Below are positions 60,237 to 61,999 of a stretch of 61,999 nucleotides of DNA, piece after piece (position 1 is the stretch's first letter; each line of letters begins with the position of its first letter). The notes beneath the pieces are model-generated. The model had not been told where the DNA came from, searched no databases, and was given only the letters and a program-made list of their open reading frames with translations. Source of the DNA: a virus. Lineage: Duplodnaviria > Caudoviricetes. The DNA lies in the IMG/VR virus record IMGVR_UViG_3300008448_000076, positions 1 to 61,999 of that record, one strand, 5' to 3'. A program made the translations under genes and the position numbers.

Positions 60237-61625
60237 CTAGATGCTTATCGGTGTCCAGCCCGGAGACTGGTTCGGGTTTATATCTGTCCAATTCGGTGTT
60301 TGAGAAGGAATAATTTGACCCCAAACCAACGGTGAACTGACATATCCTGTTGCAGTAACGCCTGTCACTAGGAATACCATATCATAGGCAGTAAGAACAG
60401 AGCCGACTGATGCAGTAGCAAAGAGTCCGGTGACAGATGCGCTCGCTGAAACAGCCCCTACGACTGAGCCAACGGACGCTGTAGCCTCGACACCTGTGAC
60501 AGGAACATCCGCACCAATGGAAAGGGCCACGGTGCCTATTAGACCAGTAGCCTCGACACCTGTGACATCATTCGTCGAGTCGAAGAAGACTTCAATGGAA
60601 CCTAAGGCAGATGTTCCTTCGACACCGGACACGGTGACATCTGCCCCGAGGCCAATGGACACGGAACCAACAGACGTTGTTCCGACAACACCTACATTTT
60701 CAGGCTGGGATGCGTATTCAATAATCCAAAGTTCGCCGCGAGCACCTGCGCCGCCCGTACCAGCTGCACCTCCGGTTACTACTGTTCCCCCGCCTCCTCC
60801 ACCGCCGCCGGGAGTACCGCCGCTGCCGCCGTTTCCAGCCGCAACAGCGTTTCCAGCACCGCCTCCACCTCCAGAACCCGGAGCAGCGGATTTGCTGTCA
60901 GTGCCTGCTGTACCATTTAATGTCCCGCCTACGATGCCGCCTGCGCCGCCAGCAATATCACGAGAGGCACCACCTGTGCCGCCATTAAAATATACGTTAG
61001 GTGTAGCCGAACTTTTACCGCCACCCGAAGCGCCGCCGCCTGCACCAAATGGTGAAGAACCGCCAACAAGACCTGAGCCGCCGCTTGCCCCACCCGCCCC
61101 ACTTCCACCGCCACCTTGTATAGAAGTGCTAGTAGCGCCAACAGCCCCAGTTGAACTAGATGCTCCGTTGTTTTCGCCCCCAGCCCCCCCAGAAGCAAGA
61201 TTTGCTGATTGACCTGATCCAGATAACCCGGCTCCGCCGCCGCCACGGACGTTGGCTGTCGTTCCCGTGCTGCCGCCGCCGCCGCCATAAGCAGTTAGCG
61301 TCGCAGCACCGTTATTGATTGTAAATGTCGTAGAATTGCCTTGTGAGCCGTTTACGTTTGCAGCGCCTCCACTTACAGGGGCTGCTACAGAATAGGTTTC
61401 AGTATTTCCTAACTGACTGGCGGCTAAAGTAATATCTACAACGCCTGCTCCACCGCCGCCTCCACCTCCACTCAATCCATTTGCGGCACTCCCAACAGTT
61501 CCACCACCACCACTTCCCCCACCACCGATGAGGATCAGGCGCACATATTGCGTCCAAGATTCCTTGGAGAATGTCGAAGAGCCAGAGGTTAGTTTTGTGA
61601 CTTTTACTTTGGATTGGGAGATCAT
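60237..61625 (-). CDS. Gly-rich paralogue B' fused to a V.GV.A.G.VG repeat anchor
   Basis: N-terminal ~300 aa parallel 541..1551; C-terminal beta-repeats ending WTPISI. Confidence 0.8.
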   Translation of the reverse strand: MISQSKVKVTKLTSGSSTFSKESWTQYVRLILIGGGGSGGGGTVGSAANGLSGGGGGGGAGVVDITLAASQLGNTETYSVAAPVSGGAANVNGSQGNSTTFTINNGAATLTAYGGGGGSTGTTANVRGGGGAGLSGSGQSANLASGGAGGENNGASSSTGAVGATSTSIQGGGGSGAGGASGGSGLVGGSSPFGAGGGASGGGKSSATPNVYFNGGTGGASRDIAGGAGGIVGGTLNGTAGTDSKSAAPGSGGGGGAGNAVAAGNGGSGGTPGGGGGGGGTVVTGGAAGTGGAGARGELWIIEYASQPENVGVVGTTSVGSVSIGLGADVTVSGVEGTSALGSIEVFFDSTNDVTGVEATGLIGTVALSIGADVPVTGVEATASVGSVVGAVSASASVTGLFATASVGSVLTAYDMVFLVTGVTATGYVSSPLVWGQIIPSQTPNWTDINPNQSPGWTPISI

Positions 61626-61999
61626 ACGCTAATCACGATGACCACGCCATCGCCTCCCTTGCCACCGCTACCTGCTGTTCCTGTGTTTAAAGAACCGCCG
61701 CCACCACCACCACCGCCGCCCGGAAAGCCACCTGCGCCGCCTGCTGAAGCTACCGTAGCAGAGGCAGCGCCACCTCCACCGCCTGCTCCACAAAATCCGA
61801 GCATGGCCGTGCTGCCAGCAAATGTTGCAGCAGGAGCGTCAAGCATAGATGCACGGGATTGGCCTCCAATTCCGCCGCCAAAATAAAGTGGCGTTGGGCT
61901 ATTAGCAGATTTTCCGCCGCCGCCGCCGCCGCCACTACCCCCTAAAATAGATGCGCCTCCAGCTTGGCCAGAAGTTGTTGCGCTCCCGCCTGCCCCACC
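61622..61999 (-). CDS. Gly-rich paralogue A' (3' part of the gene that starts at 529)
   Basis: Frame is open from 61999 to the stop at 61622; colinear with the C-terminal half of 1548..2435. Confidence 0.85.
   Translation of the reverse strand, partial: GGAGGSATTSGQAGGASILGGSGGGGGGGKSANSPTPLYFGGGIGGQSRASMLDAPAATFAGSTAMLGFCGAGGGGGAASATVASAGGAGGFPGGGGGGGGGSLNTGTAGSGGKGGDGVVIVISV

Noticed and set aside
1-61999. tRNA/rRNA genes, integrase, CI-like repressor, ParA/ParB, RNA polymerase
   Set aside because: No recognisable motifs by eye; tRNAscan-SE and HMM searches are needed to exclude divergent copies

Overview
The window is an apparently complete ~62 kb dsDNA tailed-phage genome with podovirus-like architecture. 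Bases 1-13 repeat bases 61987-61999, and joining the ends restores one in-frame Gly-rich gene, giving a circularly permuted unit of 61,986 bp. The minus strand (46886-61999, continuing through 1-22910) carries the virion genes: TerL, portal, a 971-aa virion-type protein, holin, GroES, scaffold, major capsid, decoration and adaptor proteins, a run of tiny Lys-rich proteins, four polyglycine paralogues, tail and nozzle proteins, putative ejection proteins including a 1798-aa polyvalent protein, and an M15 endolysin. The plus strand (23843-46889) carries many small early genes followed by replication genes: primase-like protein, UvrD helicase, family A DNA polymerase with Leu at the 762-equivalent position, and an SNF2-type helicase. 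TerS and a nuclease sit apart at 25967-26891. I saw no integrase, repressor, ParA/ParB, tRNA or CRISPR array. The most unusual region is 23.5-27.8 kb. It holds a perfect bacterial chromosomal parS palindrome inside a nest of phage-specific repeats, small genes each followed by the same 23-bp repeat and hairpin, GGTATCAAA iterons, and structured non-coding segments. A DnaA-domain-IV-like gene and a receiver-less OmpR/CtrA-type gene lie adjacent at 35.9-36.8 kb. Together these suggest a phage that taps the host chromosome-segregation or cell-cycle machinery; the host is probably an alphaproteobacterium (inference). The virion module also shows shared short peptide motifs (xxxGG, G[F/L]RSE) that may be targeting or processing signals. 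All family assignments come from recognising motifs by eye; no database search was run.
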